This document shows positions 1 through 10,303 of a stretch of DNA of 64,000 nt, piece after piece. Both the position numbers and the translations under genes were made by a program. The stretch spans positions 12,658 to 76,657 of the forward strand of contig JBFLZG010000123.1 in assembly GCA_040756235.1 (NCBI GenBank), read 5' to 3'. How positions within the stretch are numbered: position 1 is the stretch's first letter; each line of letters starts with the position of its first letter. The DNA is from a bacterium. Lineage in GTDB: Bacteria > Desulfobacterota > DSWW01. Below the pieces are notes generated by a model, which did no database searches, was not told the DNA's origin, and saw only the letters and a program-made list of their open reading frames with translations.

Positions 1-143
1 CTCGCACCTGCCGTTCAGCATCGGCAATCCAGGCGTGCAAGGCTCGCTCGCGAGATTCGCTGCTTTGTAACGCATCCTTGCCCGTGTCCAGCCTCACTTC
101 CTGAGCGTATCGGGCATAGTGTAGGAATACACCGCCCTTCGCC

Positions 144-1172
144 TCAGCGCGCCGGGTGGACGACACTCCTGGTAGACGGAGCCCTCCGCTCGAGCCATGC
201 GGCGACCGCCTTCATCGCCTCCTCGTAGGGCACCCGCGTCCTCCAGCCCAGCTCCTGCCGGGCCCGGGACGTGTCCACGTCGTTGTCCCTGCCGATCAGG
301 CCGACGATCTGGCGGCTGATGTGCGTGTCGATCCCGAGCGGCGCCAGCACGCGGTCCGAGACGAGCCCGAGCGACCAGGCCGCTCTGAAAGGCAGGGGCA
401 GGGCCCGGAGCCGGACCCCGGCCGTGCGTGCGAGGTCCGTGAAGTATCGCATCCAGGTGACGTCATAATCATCCCGGAGATGATAGGTCCTGCCCGGCGC
501 CGCCTCGCTCCTGGAAGCCAGCAGGATGCCGTCCACGAGATTGTCCACATCAACGAGGCTGGCGCTGTAGCGACCGCCGTCCACGATCGGAAAACGCGGC
601 ATCTTCCGCATGGTCTCCAGGATGCCGTCCACCCACACGCTGCCCGGACCGATCACGTTGGCCGGCCGGACCACCGTCGCTGCGACCTTCCCGTCCCGAT
701 GGTAACCGTAGACCATCTTTTCGGTCTCCAGCTTGGCGTCTCCGTAGAAGACCCCGGTCGGGAACTCGGGGTCGTCCTCCTTGTGGCCTCTGTAATGCTT
801 GCCGCCGCCTCCGGGTCCGCCCGCGCAGAACGAGCTCACGTAGACGAAGCGGCCGACCTTTCCGGCCGACTCCTCGAGCAGGTTGCGCGTGGCTTCGAAG
901 ATCGCGTCGTAGAACTGCTTCCGCGTTCCCCAGTAGGTGACCCGTGCGGCCAGGTGAAAGACGACGTCCGCACCCTGGCACATCCCGCGTATGCTCTCGG
1001 GCCGGGTCAGGTCTCCCACCCGCACCTGGATCCCCATGTCCCGCAGGTACTGCGTGTTCGGCTCCGTCGTGGCCAGGGCCGTCACCTCGTACCCTTCGGC
1101 GAGCAGCCGCTTCAGCAGGAAGCCTCCGATGAATCCGCGAGCACCCGTGACGAGAGCCTTGGTCGGTCCCAT
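144..1172 (-). CDS. NAD-dependent epimerase/dehydratase (extended SDR, 3-beta-HSD-like)
   Basis: N-terminal VTGARGFIG Rossmann motif, FHLAA, YGDAK (YxxxK), VRPANVIGP; GAAGGA RBS before ATG at 1172. Confidence 0.85.
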   Translation of the reverse strand: MGPTKALVTGARGFIGGFLLKRLLAEGYEVTALATTEPNTQYLRDMGIQVRVGDLTRPESIRGMCQGADVVFHLAARVTYWGTRKQFYDAIFEATRNLLEESAGKVGRFVYVSSFCAGGPGGGGKHYRGHKEDDPEFPTGVFYGDAKLETEKMVYGYHRDGKVAATVVRPANVIGPGSVWVDGILETMRKMPRFPIVDGGRYSASLVDVDNLVDGILLASRSEAAPGRTYHLRDDYDVTWMRYFTDLARTAGVRLRALPLPFRAAWSLGLVSDRVLAPLGIDTHISRQIVGLIGRDNDVDTSRARQELGWRTRVPYEEAMKAVAAWLERRAPSTRSVVHPAR

Positions 1173-1311
1173 GTGGATTTCCTTCTCGCCCGCTGACATC
1201 CCCTGCGTGCCGCTCAGCGGCCGGCTTCGGGCAAAGAGGGCGGAGCTGTCGGACAGGCGGAAAAATCTGCATGCAGAAGACCGGCCCTTCGGCGGCCCCG
1301 CTCCAAGCGGC

Positions 1312-1959
1312 TCACTGTCCCCCGGACACCACCCGATCGGCCTCGGCGACCGCGGCCTCGGCGTCCAGGCTGACGCGGTAAGCGCCCCTCTTCAGGATGA
1401 ACTCGCTCTCGCGCGAGGTCGACTTCTCCCACGAAGCCCTCTGCGATTCCATGGCGCGGTGCCAGGCCTCGTCCGCGCCCACGTATCCCGCCAGCCGGGC
1501 GTTGGCGATCTTCTGGCGCTCGGTCTGTTTGGTGAGAATGTACCACTCGAAAGTGTCCCGGAGGAAATTCGGCTTCTCCAGGCCGCTGCCCACGTCGGAG
1601 GACGAGCTGTAATCCTTCCAGAACATCGCAACCGCCTTCTTATGCACCTCCGCGTCCTTGAGTTTCTTGAGCGCTTCGCTCACTGCCTCGATCGGAGGGC
1701 ACACCTGGTTCTTCTGATGAAACTTCAGAAGATAGATCACCAGGGCATCGGCGGCGCTGAAGGAGCCCGCGCTGATCTGGAAGGTTGACCCGGGGTTGAG
1801 GCCCGGAAGGGTCATCGTGTTCTTCTGGATCACGGCCTTGGCCATCTCCACGTCGGCGGCCGTGACCGTCTGTGCGCCGGCAGCAAGGGGCATGGCGGCA
1901 AAGAGGATCGCCAAAGAGAGCAAGGAACAAAGAGCGCGCGCCTGCTTGTACATCATCAT
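1312..1959 (-). CDS. hypothetical exported protein
   Basis: Strong AGGAGG RBS, signal-peptide-like N-terminus (LLSLAILFAAMPLAAGA-Q), GC3-biased codons; no family recognised. Confidence 0.7.
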   Translation of the reverse strand: MMMYKQARALCSLLSLAILFAAMPLAAGAQTVTAADVEMAKAVIQKNTMTLPGLNPGSTFQISAGSFSAADALVIYLLKFHQKNQVCPPIEAVSEALKKLKDAEVHKKAVAMFWKDYSSSSDVGSGLEKPNFLRDTFEWYILTKQTERQKIANARLAGYVGADEAWHRAMESQRASWEKSTSRESEFILKRGAYRVSLDAEAAVAEADRVVSGGQ

Positions 1960-2030
1960 CGTCCTCCTCCTTTCCGGCGTTGTGGCCCGAGGCGGGGCGG
2001 CCCACCCTCGTAACATAGACGGAACGTGCC

Positions 2031-2864
2031 TCAGCTGCCCGCGGCCGCCGAGCTGTTGAGGTCAGCCTTCTTGGGTATCTTGCGGGCGCAGGGCACCTTG
2101 GTCTGGCACTTGCCGCATCCACCGACCACGATGTTCCACCTGGGCACGTGCTCGGCCATGACCTTGGTCACGAGGAACTCGAGGCATTTCCCGTGATCCT
2201 TCTTCTCGGCCGTAATCGCGCCGGCCGGGCACCGGGCGATGCACAGGCCGCAGGTCCCCTCTTCATCGAAGAGGCAGTTGTCGCGCAGCCCGAGCTTGCG
2301 CGGAGAAGGTTCCAGCTCCAGATCGGTCACGATCGTGCCGTAGCGGCCGGCGCAGCCTTTCTCCGTGATGAATGAGTAGGAGAGGCAGAAGCTGCCCAGG
2401 CCGGCGATGTAGGCGGAGTGCCGCTCCGACCAGTTGCTCGTAAAGGCCTGCATCTCGAATTTCTCGGACCGGGAAGGCGCCACGGCCCGCAAGCCTGCCT
2501 TCGCGAGGGCCTCGACCACGCGGTCCCGAACCCCGTTGTTGAGCTCCTCTCCGTAGTAGCGGGCCAGGTACCACTCCTTGGACGACATGCCTTCGGTGTG
2601 GTTGCTTTCCACGACCTCCCGGGTGAAGGGCAGGAAATAAACGATCACCGTGCGCGCGCCCTTCACCCAATCCTGGGGCATCCAGTGGTGAGGGCCGATC
2701 GTGTCCGCCCGCTTCAACTCCGCATAAAGAGGGTCGAGCGCCGAGGCGAAGCCCACCAGGGGCGGTCCTTCGTAGAGCTTCACCCCGTCGCACTCAGGGA
2801 TAAAGTTCTGCTTTCCATCTTGGACGTAATTCTCTATTATGCCGATTATTTCTTCACGATTCAT
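2031..2864 (-). CDS. epoxyqueuosine reductase (QueG)-like Fe-S protein
   Basis: WSERHSAYIAGLGSF, GCAGRYGTIVTD, CxxCxxxCP (CGLCIARCP) and GCGKCQTKVPC clusters. Confidence 0.75.
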   Translation of the reverse strand: MNREEIIGIIENYVQDGKQNFIPECDGVKLYEGPPLVGFASALDPLYAELKRADTIGPHHWMPQDWVKGARTVIVYFLPFTREVVESNHTEGMSSKEWYLARYYGEELNNGVRDRVVEALAKAGLRAVAPSRSEKFEMQAFTSNWSERHSAYIAGLGSFCLSYSFITEKGCAGRYGTIVTDLELEPSPRKLGLRDNCLFDEEGTCGLCIARCPAGAITAEKKDHGKCLEFLVTKVMAEHVPRWNIVVGGCGKCQTKVPCARKIPKKADLNSSAAAGS

Positions 2865-2918
2865 CGAGCGCCTCCTGCACCGAAGACGAACCGGTTTCCG
2901 GGTGGCATCGGATGCGGC

Positions 2919-3617
2919 TCACTCCGTGCTCTCGGGAAGGAACGAGGTGTCCATCACATATCTCTTCGGGTTGTCCGGATCGACCCGGACCTGGATCTCC
3001 TTGCCCCGGATGAGGGCCTCCGGATTGAACCAGAGGGGCTTGCTCCGGAACACGCGCATCTTTCCTGTGCCGGGATCGAGCCACTGAGAGAAGATCCGAT
3101 AGGGATGGCGGCTCCCTTTTCGATAGAATCGGTCCAGTTGCACCGACTGGAGCTCGGTCGCAATCACGTTGCCGGATTCCAGGATCCGTCTCTCCCGCCT
3201 GGCTGAAACAACCGGGACCAGGAGCATCGCAGCACCCGCGCAGGCAAACACCGAGCCCATACCGGAGAACAGGATCGTGAGGAACCAGAGAGAGGAAAAG
3301 GAGTCGACGGACGCATGAGAAGGATGAGCCGGGTCGTAGCGGACCTGAACCTGCTCGCCTTTTCCGAAGGAAGGAGGGTTGGAACCGAAATCGGAGCGAA
3401 ACTCGACCGGCTCGCCGTTGGCGGCCGCAAACCGGATCACGGGGAAATAGACAGACCCGGAGCCGCCGCTGTCAAGGACCAGGTCCACGACCGTCCCTGT
3501 CGCCAGAGCAGAAGCCGCTACGAATCCTCGAGTGCTGTTGTAAGTAACGGCGGCCGAGGCGAGCAGAACCAGACCCGCGGCGCCGAATATCACACCGACG
3601 ATTCTGAGCACCTTCAT
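2919..3617 (-). CDS. DUF3592-like membrane protein
   Basis: Two TM segments flanking GTVV...YFPVIRF...G.QVQVRYDP, then a second V.VDPDNP..Y motif. Confidence 0.75.
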   Translation of the reverse strand: MKVLRIVGVIFGAAGLVLLASAAVTYNSTRGFVAASALATGTVVDLVLDSGGSGSVYFPVIRFAAANGEPVEFRSDFGSNPPSFGKGEQVQVRYDPAHPSHASVDSFSSLWFLTILFSGMGSVFACAGAAMLLVPVVSARRERRILESGNVIATELQSVQLDRFYRKGSRHPYRIFSQWLDPGTGKMRVFRSKPLWFNPEALIRGKEIQVRVDPDNPKRYVMDTSFLPESTE

Positions 3618-3715
3618 GGCACCGTTCTCCCTCTGCCGGCCGAGCCGTGATTGCCGGAACATGCCTTGGGGCCGCCCCCACTCTGCCGACTTGCCCGGGG
3701 GCGACCGTCCGGAAA

Positions 3716-3738
3716 GGGCGACCGCCGGTCGCCCCTAC
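3716..3738 (-). repeat. GTAG-type REP-like palindrome
   Basis: Reverse strand reads GTAGGGGCGACCGGCGGTCGCCC; related copies at 6405, 12349, 30540, 34700. Confidence 0.75.
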
Positions 3739-3777
3739 GAATACGAACGCATGAACAATGCTGCGTCCGGCTGCAGC

Positions 3778-3874
3778 CCCCTCACCCTGGCCCTCTCCCC
3801 CAAAGGGGGCGAGGGTATTGCTCGGTCGCCTCTTTCCCTCTCCCCTCCGAGGGGAGAGGATCAAGGTGAGGGGT
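3778..3874. repeat. CCCTCACCC/CCCTCTCCC paired palindromic intergenic repeat
   Basis: CCCCTCACCCTGGCCCTCTCCCCC-AAA-GGGGGCGAGGG ... CCCTCTCCCCTCCGAGGGGAGAGG..GGTGAGGGG; related copies at 26913 and 48379. Confidence 0.75.
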
Positions 3875-3906
3875 GACAATTTGTCTCACCACCAAATGCG
3901 TTTGCA

Positions 3907-4707
3907 TTAGAACTTGATGGCCCCGCCGCACACGCTCAGACACTGCCCCGTGACGTAGTCGCCCAGGTCGGTGACGAAGAACTCGGCCGCCTTCGCGATA
4001 TCGTCCGGCTCGGCCATGCGGCCCAGCGGGATCTGGGCGAGCACCTGATCCCGGACTCCTGCGATCGCGTCGAACACGAGGACCTGGAGGCGCTTGGTGT
4101 TCACGAAAGCCGGGGCGATGCAGTTGACTGTGATCCCTGCAGGGCCCAGCTCCTGGGCAAGGTACCGGGTGTAGGCGACGACCCCGGCCTTGGCCGCGCC
4201 ATAGGAAGCGTACACGCCGCCCTGCTGCGCCTGCAGCCCCGCCTGCGAGGCGGTGTTCACGATCCTTCCCCAGCCCTGCTTCTTCATGGACGGGATGACG
4301 GCCTGGGAGCAGAAGATCGTCCCGAACAGATTGCGCTCGACCGTGCCCCTCAAGTCTTTCTCGGAAACGCTCCCGGCGAAGCTGGCGAGGACGTCCCCCG
4401 CGAGCCCTCCCGCGTTGTTGATCAGGATGTCGATCCGCCCGAAGGCTTCGAGCGCCTGCCGGACCATGGCTTCGACCTGCCCGCGGTTGGTCACGTCCGC
4501 CTGGATGCCGACGCACCGGACTCCACGGGCCCGGACCTCTTCCACCACGCTGTCAGCGCCGATCTCCTCTTTGAACTCCTTGAAGGAATCGAGGTTCACG
4601 TCGTTGATCACGATATCCGCTCCCAGGCCGGCCAGCCGCAGCGCGTGCGCCCGGCCGATGGCCCTTGCCGCTCCCGTGACCAGCGCGACTCTTCCTTTGA
4701 GCTTCAT
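3907..4707 (-). CDS. SDR family oxidoreductase (FabG-like)
   Basis: VTGAARAIG, NNAG, YGAAK, VNCIAP; GAAGGAGAGGGG RBS. Confidence 0.9.
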   Translation of the reverse strand: MKLKGRVALVTGAARAIGRAHALRLAGLGADIVINDVNLDSFKEFKEEIGADSVVEEVRARGVRCVGIQADVTNRGQVEAMVRQALEAFGRIDILINNAGGLAGDVLASFAGSVSEKDLRGTVERNLFGTIFCSQAVIPSMKKQGWGRIVNTASQAGLQAQQGGVYASYGAAKAGVVAYTRYLAQELGPAGITVNCIAPAFVNTKRLQVLVFDAIAGVRDQVLAQIPLGRMAEPDDIAKAAEFFVTDLGDYVTGQCLSVCGGAIKF

Positions 4708-4720
4708 CCCCTCTCCTTCT

Positions 4721-5761
4721 TCACGGTAGAAACAGCACCTTGGCCGCCTTCTTCTGGACCGCAAGCTCGAAACCAGACCGGGCATCCGCCAGCGGAACCC
4801 TGTGTGTGATCATCGGATCCGTCCGCACCTGACCGGACGCCAGCAGAGCCAACGCCCGCCGCCAGGTGTCCGGGTCGTAAGCGTAGGCGCCCAGGATCGA
4901 CTTGCCGCCGCGCACCAGGTCGGTGGGATGGATCTGCGCCGGAGCGGGGTGGATGCCCAGGAGCACCAATTTTCCTCCGGGCCGCGCCATCGCAAGCCCT
5001 TGGGAGACGGTCCTGGGGTTTCCCGCAGCCTCGAACACCAGGTCGAAGCCGCCGCCGAAAGAGCCGCCGGTAAGGTCCATGGCCCTCTGCACCGGATCCG
5101 TCTCATCCACGTTCACCAGCTCGTCGGCGCCCAGCCGGCCTGCGACCTCCAGGCGCACGCGGTCTGCAGCGGTCCCGGTCACCAGCACGAAGCTTGCGCC
5201 CGAGACCTTGAGCGCCTGGAGGGTCAGCAGACCGATCGGACCCGGCCCCAGCACGGCCGCGGTCTGCCCGGGCTTGATGGCCGCCAGCTCCACCGCGTGC
5301 AGCGCCACCGACAGAGGCTCGCACAAGGCTGCCGCCTCGTGGCTCACGCCCGCAGGGAGCCTGAAGACGTGAGCTCCGCCCGTCACCCGCACGTACTCGG
5401 CGAACGCTCCGTCCGCGAGCAGGCCGAGCGCCACCTTGGCGACGCAGGCGTCTCCCCGGCCGACGTGGCAGGGCTTGCACCGGCTGCACGGCATGAGCGG
5501 GAGGGCCGTCACACGATCGCCGAGCGCCACGTTCGACACGCGCTCGCCCACCTCCACGACTTCCCCCGAAAACTCGTGCCCGAGGGTCACGGGCACCGGG
5601 AGCCACTCGTAGCCCGGCGTCCACTCGTACACGTGGACGTCGCTCCCGCACAGGCTGGCGGCCCGCACCCGGATCAGGATGTCGGCGTCTGCGACGACCG
5701 GCTTCTCCACGTCCAGCACGTCCACCCCGGGCCCCTTCCTCATCTTCACTGCCGCTTTCAT
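4721..5761 (-). CDS. zinc-dependent alcohol/polyol dehydrogenase (MDR)
   Basis: CGSD, GHE, structural-Zn CxxCxxC...C, GPGPIG. Confidence 0.9.
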   Translation of the reverse strand: MKAAVKMRKGPGVDVLDVEKPVVADADILIRVRAASLCGSDVHVYEWTPGYEWLPVPVTLGHEFSGEVVEVGERVSNVALGDRVTALPLMPCSRCKPCHVGRGDACVAKVALGLLADGAFAEYVRVTGGAHVFRLPAGVSHEAAALCEPLSVALHAVELAAIKPGQTAAVLGPGPIGLLTLQALKVSGASFVLVTGTAADRVRLEVAGRLGADELVNVDETDPVQRAMDLTGGSFGGGFDLVFEAAGNPRTVSQGLAMARPGGKLVLLGIHPAPAQIHPTDLVRGGKSILGAYAYDPDTWRRALALLASGQVRTDPMITHRVPLADARSGFELAVQKKAAKVLFLP

Positions 5762-5812
5762 GGTCTCAATGCTCCCAAACGCTCCCTTGCAGCCTTTGCA
5801 GCCGTCGCCATT

Positions 5813-6100
5813 TCAATCCAGCCAAGAGGCCAGGAACCGCTCGCTGCGCCTTCCGGCGCGGGAAGACCCGCAGCCGCAGCGGCCCTCCCTTTCCGGGGAT
5901 GGAGCGCCAGACGGCCTGTGGGGAAGCGTATTTGACCTGCTCGTAACCCAGCATCATGCTGGCACGAGCTCGCGCAGTGTCTTCCGGGGATTTCGCATCC
6001 GGAACGAGGATGGGAGTGTTCGCTTCCACCTGCCGGATCAGCTCCCGCATCTCGGAGCTTCGGCTTTCGGGGCGAAACAGCGTCGGGTCGAAGGAGTTCC
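5813..6100 (-). pseudogene. possible internally deleted alpha/beta-hydrolase (HSL-type esterase) remnant
   Basis: FDPTLF...RSIPGKGGPLRLRVF resembles an HSL N-terminal cap; it runs, in another frame, into RAGRRSERFLASWLD* resembling a C-terminal helix; no HGGG or GDSAG core. Confidence 0.4.
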
Positions 6101-6404
6101 GCGCCTCCCTGCACGCGGCCCTGCGGCCACTACTGTCCGCGCTCGAGCGGCGCATCCTGGGCAAAGGTGCTCCTCCGATCGCTCGCGCTCCGGGACCGGA
6201 AGCCCGGCCGCGGGATGGCCTCCTACGGCCGAAGCATGGCCCGGCCAGTCTAAGAACAGAAGCTGCGGCGTGTCAAACGGAAGGGCGCAGTCCGAATGCT
6301 CTCGCGGATTCCCTGAGTGTTCTCATTCACGAATTCGCTCCCTGTTCCCGAGGGCTCTCTTGCACGGCAGCGACATGGCGACCCTCATCAGGCAACCCCG
6401 CACG

Positions 6405-6429
6405 AGGGCGACGCGTGCGTCGCCCCTAC
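6405..6429 (-). repeat. GTAG-type REP-like palindrome
   Basis: Reverse strand reads GTAGGGGCGACGCACGCGTCGCCCT. Confidence 0.7.
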
Positions 6430-6490
6430 AAGAGCTGTGGTCCGCCGGAGGAGGCGCAGACGGGCGTCTTGGATAGCCTCCAGAATGGTC

Positions 6491-6520
6491 TTGACCGGCG
6501 CGGAGCATTTCACCTACCAT
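6491..6520 (+). promoter_or_regulatory. putative sigma70 promoter of dodecin gene
   Basis: TTGACC-N18-TACCAT, 30 bp upstream of ATG 6550. Confidence 0.45.
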
Positions 6521-6549
6521 CTTTTTAAACAGCAAACGGAGGGCCCCAG

Positions 6550-6774
6550 ATGGAAAAAGAAACCAGCATCTACAAGATCATCGAGGTCGTGGGAACGAGC
6601 AAGAAGTCCTGGGAAGAGGCGGCCAAGAACGCTGTGGAGACCGCCGGCAAGACGCTGAAGGACCTCAGAATCGCCGAAATCGTCCGTCTCGACATGGCGG
6701 TCGAGGATGGCAAAGTCACGACCTACCGCGCCAGGGTGAACATCTCCTTCAAGTACCACGAAGGCGAGGACTGA
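6550..6774 (+). CDS. dodecin family flavin-binding protein
   Basis: YKIIEVVGTS..SWEEA...AVE.A.KTL..LR..E...YRA...ISFKY; GGAGG RBS. Confidence 0.9.
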   Translation: MEKETSIYKIIEVVGTSKKSWEEAAKNAVETAGKTLKDLRIAEIVRLDMAVEDGKVTTYRARVNISFKYHEGED

Positions 6775-6999
6775 CCTGCTCCGCGGCCGCGGGATCAGGC
6801 TCCCAAGTATCGGATAGAGACGAATGCGGGTCCCTCCGGGCTGGAGGGAGAAGCCGCTTCAACCGGAGCCGGGTCGAATCAGGCGTCCGAATGCAACGCT
6901 CAGGTGGGACCCACATAACTGATAAATCACTTGATATTTTAATTGTATTTTATTGAAAAATTGTAGATTCCATCCCTAGAAGGCATCTCTCCGTAACGC

Positions 7000-8448
7000 T
7001 CACGCATGAATCGGCGGCCGGCGGCCGACCCACGGTCTGGCCTGCTCGAGCTGCGAAGCCACCCGGATGAGCAGGTCCTCCCTGCCATAGGCTGCGACCA
7101 TCTGCACGCCGATCGGCAGCCCGCCTTGGTTCCAGAAGAGAGGCAGCGAGATCGCGGGCTGGCCAGTCTCGTTGAAAGAGGGCGTGAAGGGAAGGATCGA
7201 CTGCACCCGCTCAACCACTTTCTGCGGCTCTGCGGCGCTCGATTTGAACTGGCCGAGCGCCGGGGGCGGCTCGGCGAGCGTGGGAGTGAGGAGCAGGTCG
7301 AATCCGTCCGCCCACCATGCCGCGACGCGCCGCGTATGCCCCTGGAGCCACTGAACCCCGCTCGTGAGCTGGACAGCGCTCACCGAGCGCCCCATTTCGG
7401 CAACCATCCAGTTGTAGGGTTCCAGATCGGCCGGACCGATGGCCCTGCCCGTCTTGCGACTCCACTCGTCCAGGCTCCCGGCGACCGAGGCCGCAACGAG
7501 AGTCCAGATGTGGGCCATGCTCTGCTCGGCCTCGTCCAAGGCTGCCGGATGGGACTCCTCGACCCCGTGTCCGAGCGACTCCAGGAGCCGCGCCACGTCC
7601 TGGACTGCGGTTACGCAGTCGGCATGGATGGGTACCACGCCGCCGGGCGCACGGATCATGAACCCGATGCGCAACCGGCCGGGCTCTGCTCCGACCTCGG
7701 TGCGGAAGGGCCGCAGAGGCGGGGGCGCGTAATACGGGTCGCCGGGCATCGGACCTGACACCAGATCCAGGATGGAGGCGGTGTCGCGCATGGATCGGCT
7801 CAGGACGAACTCGACCGCAAGCCCCTGCCAGTTGTCTCCGTAATCGGGCCCCCAGGACACGCGGCCTCTGGAGGGCTTGAGGCCCACGATGCCGCACTCG
7901 CTTGCCGGCATGCGGATCGATCCGCCCCCGTCGTTGCCGTGGGCGACCGGGACCATGCCCGAGGCGACCGCGGCCGCGGACCCGCCGCTCGATCCGCCCG
8001 AGGATCGGCTCGGGTCCCACGGGTTCCGCGTGGGGCCGAAGGCCTCGGGCTCTGTGGTCGGCAGCGTCCCCAGCTCAGGGGTGTTGGTCTTGCCGATGAA
8101 GATGAAGCCTCCTTCCTTGAGCTTCCGGGCCAGGTAGGTGTCGTCCTGCGCGACCCAGCCCAGCTCCCGCAGGAACCGTGTTCCTTCATAGTACGGGTCG
8201 CCCGCGCTGTGGCACCCGAGGTCCTTAAGGAGAAACGGGACCCCCCGGAACGGCCCGGCCGCAAGGCCCGGAGCGCACGCCTGAGCCAGGGCCTTTTCAA
8301 ACAGCGGAGTGATCACGGCGTTGAGCCTTGGGTTGAGCCGCTCCACCCGCTCGACTGCGGCCTGCACGAGCTCGGCGGGCCCGACTTCGCCCTTCCTGAC
8401 GAGCTCCGCTTGTGCCATGGCATCCAGAAAAGAGAGCTCCTCCATCAT
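7000..8448 (-). CDS. amidase (amidase-signature family)
   Basis: [42 protein letters not shown]. Confidence 0.92.
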   Translation of the reverse strand: MMEELSFLDAMAQAELVRKGEVGPAELVQAAVERVERLNPRLNAVITPLFEKALAQACAPGLAAGPFRGVPFLLKDLGCHSAGDPYYEGTRFLRELGWVAQDDTYLARKLKEGGFIFIGKTNTPELGTLPTTEPEAFGPTRNPWDPSRSSGGSSGGSAAAVASGMVPVAHGNDGGGSIRMPASECGIVGLKPSRGRVSWGPDYGDNWQGLAVEFVLSRSMRDTASILDLVSGPMPGDPYYAPPPLRPFRTEVGAEPGRLRIGFMIRAPGGVVPIHADCVTAVQDVARLLESLGHGVEESHPAALDEAEQSMAHIWTLVAASVAGSLDEWSRKTGRAIGPADLEPYNWMVAEMGRSVSAVQLTSGVQWLQGHTRRVAAWWADGFDLLLTPTLAEPPPALGQFKSSAAEPQKVVERVQSILPFTPSFNETGQPAISLPLFWNQGGLPIGVQMVAAYGREDLLIRVASQLEQARPWVGRRPPIHA

Positions 8449-8527
8449 CACCGTTCCTCCTATGGACAGGAAAAGTGCAGGCATGCAGCAGTATAGGAAA
8501 AGCCGACCGCGAATGAAAAGCGCTTCC

Positions 8528-8557
8528 TTGAAAAGGTCACGGCGGATTCTCCATAAT
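8528..8557 (+). promoter_or_regulatory. putative sigma70 promoter of the sdhAB-like/ACAD operon
   Basis: TTGAAA-N18-CATAAT in the divergent intergenic region. Confidence 0.45.
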
Positions 8558-8614
8558 GCCTTGCGCTTGCCTCGAGGGCCTCGCGACGGGACCGGCCCTG
8601 GAAAGGAGATCGGC

Positions 8615-10303
8615 ATGCAAAGCGTGGAAACCATCCGTGCGGACGTGCTCGTTCTGGGCGCCGGCGGAGCGGGGGTCATGGCTGCCGTGGAAGCGGAGCG
8701 GGCAGGAGCAACGACGATCATCGTATCCAAGGAGCCCGTGGGCTACGGAGACACCCGCATCTCCCTCGGTGCCATGTCGACCTCCCCGGACCGCGGCGCC
8801 GGCGACTCCGAGGAGGCGTTCGCAGAGGACATGATGCGGGGCGGCGAGCACCTGAGCGACCCGAAGCTGGTCGACGCTTTGGTCCGCGACGCCATGGATG
8901 CGACCGTCAGCTTCGAAGGTTTCGGACATCTCTTTGCCCGCGACGAGAGCGGGACCCTGAAGAGACTCGAGTTTCCTCCGGGAGGGCACCGGGCTTCCCG
9001 GACGATCACGAGCCCCGGCGTGGGGGTCTCGATGGGACACGTGCTGCGCGCGGCCGCGGCGAGGTCGTCCGTGCGGGTCCTGGAGGAGACGGTCTGCTCG
9101 GAGCTCATCGTGGCGGACGGCCAAGTCGCGGGCGCCGCGACGTTGCGCATGTCCACGGGGAAGGTCGTCGCGATCCTGGCGAAGTCCACGATTCTCGCCA
9201 CGGGCGGCGCCGGAGCCCTCTACTACCCGCACACGGACTGCATGCCTGCGGTCGCGGGCGATGGTTTCAGCCTGGCCCTCCGGGCCGGTGCCGAGCTCGT
9301 GGACATGGAGCAGGTGCAGTTCATCCCGTTCGGCATCACGCACCCGGCATCCATGCTGGGAGCTCCTTGCGGGGAGCCCGCGATGGCGGGCCCTTTCGGC
9401 AGGCTCGTCGACTGCAGGGGGGAGGTCGTGCTGGAGAACATCATGCCCCTGACCCGCGCTCAGGTGGCCCGGGTCATCGTGGAGCAGATCCGGCGAGGCG
9501 GGGCGACCGGGCATGGAGGGCTCCTGCTCGATCTGAGGCCGAACCTGGAGACCCCGGACGGCCGGTTCTTCGCCGATCTCATGAAGAAGATGGGCGGCCC
9601 TTTCCTGGACGTGGTCCGCAAAGCCTACGGCCGGAAGGCGGCGAACCTCGAAGAACCCTGGGACGTGCTCCCCTCGGCGCACTACAACATGGGAGGCGTC
9701 CGCACGGACGCGTGGTGCCGCGCCGGCGTGCCCGGGCTCTACGCCTGCGGACAGGCCCAGGGCGGAGTCATGGGCGGCAACCGCCTCGGCTCCACATCCC
9801 TCACCGAGATCTTCGTCTTCGGCAAGCGCGCGGGCCGCACCGCGGCACGGGAAGGCGCGAGCCGCTCCTTTGCGGACCCGGCATCGGCACGGCCGGCCGC
9901 CGCAAGGCTCCGCTCCCTTCCGGGCTCGGCCGGGGCGCATCGGCCCGTGCAGTTGAAGCGCGAGCTCCAGCAGCTGATGTGGGAGAAGGCGGGGCCGCTG
10001 CGCGACGCGGCCGGCCTGACGGAAGCGCTCGAGCGCATGCGCGGGATCCGAGAGCGCTCCGCAGACCTGCGCCTCACGCACATGAGACGGTACAACACCG
10101 AGGCCGCCGACGCGATCGAGCTTGACCACATGCTTCGGGCTGCCGAGGCGATCGCCCGGTCCGCACTCGAGCGCAAGGAGTCCCGGGGCGCCCACGTGAG
10201 GTCGGACTTCCCGCGCCGCAACGACCAGGCCCCGGTCGAGAACATGCTCGTCCGCGTCAAGAACGGCGCTTGCCAGGTCGGGCGCAAGGAGGCAGGCCGA
10301 TGA
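8615..10303 (+). CDS. succinate dehydrogenase/fumarate reductase flavoprotein-like FAD oxidoreductase
   Basis: GAGGAG, ILATGG, DMEQVQF, AHYNMGG, GLYACG, NRLG, ESRGAH; no covalent-FAD His motif. Confidence 0.85.
   Translation: MQSVETIRADVLVLGAGGAGVMAAVEAERAGATTIIVSKEPVGYGDTRISLGAMSTSPDRGAGDSEEAFAEDMMRGGEHLSDPKLVDALVRDAMDATVSFEGFGHLFARDESGTLKRLEFPPGGHRASRTITSPGVGVSMGHVLRAAAARSSVRVLEETVCSELIVADGQVAGAATLRMSTGKVVAILAKSTILATGGAGALYYPHTDCMPAVAGDGFSLALRAGAELVDMEQVQFIPFGITHPASMLGAPCGEPAMAGPFGRLVDCRGEVVLENIMPLTRAQVARVIVEQIRRGGATGHGGLLLDLRPNLETPDGRFFADLMKKMGGPFLDVVRKAYGRKAANLEEPWDVLPSAHYNMGGVRTDAWCRAGVPGLYACGQAQGGVMGGNRLGSTSLTEIFVFGKRAGRTAAREGASRSFADPASARPAAARLRSLPGSAGAHRPVQLKRELQQLMWEKAGPLRDAAGLTEALERMRGIRERSADLRLTHMRRYNTEAADAIELDHMLRAAEAIARSALERKESRGAHVRSDFPRRNDQAPVENMLVRVKNGACQVGRKEAGR

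Noticed and set aside
1..75. Possible minus-strand gene start (MRYKAANL...) running off the window
   Set aside because: Too short to evaluate.
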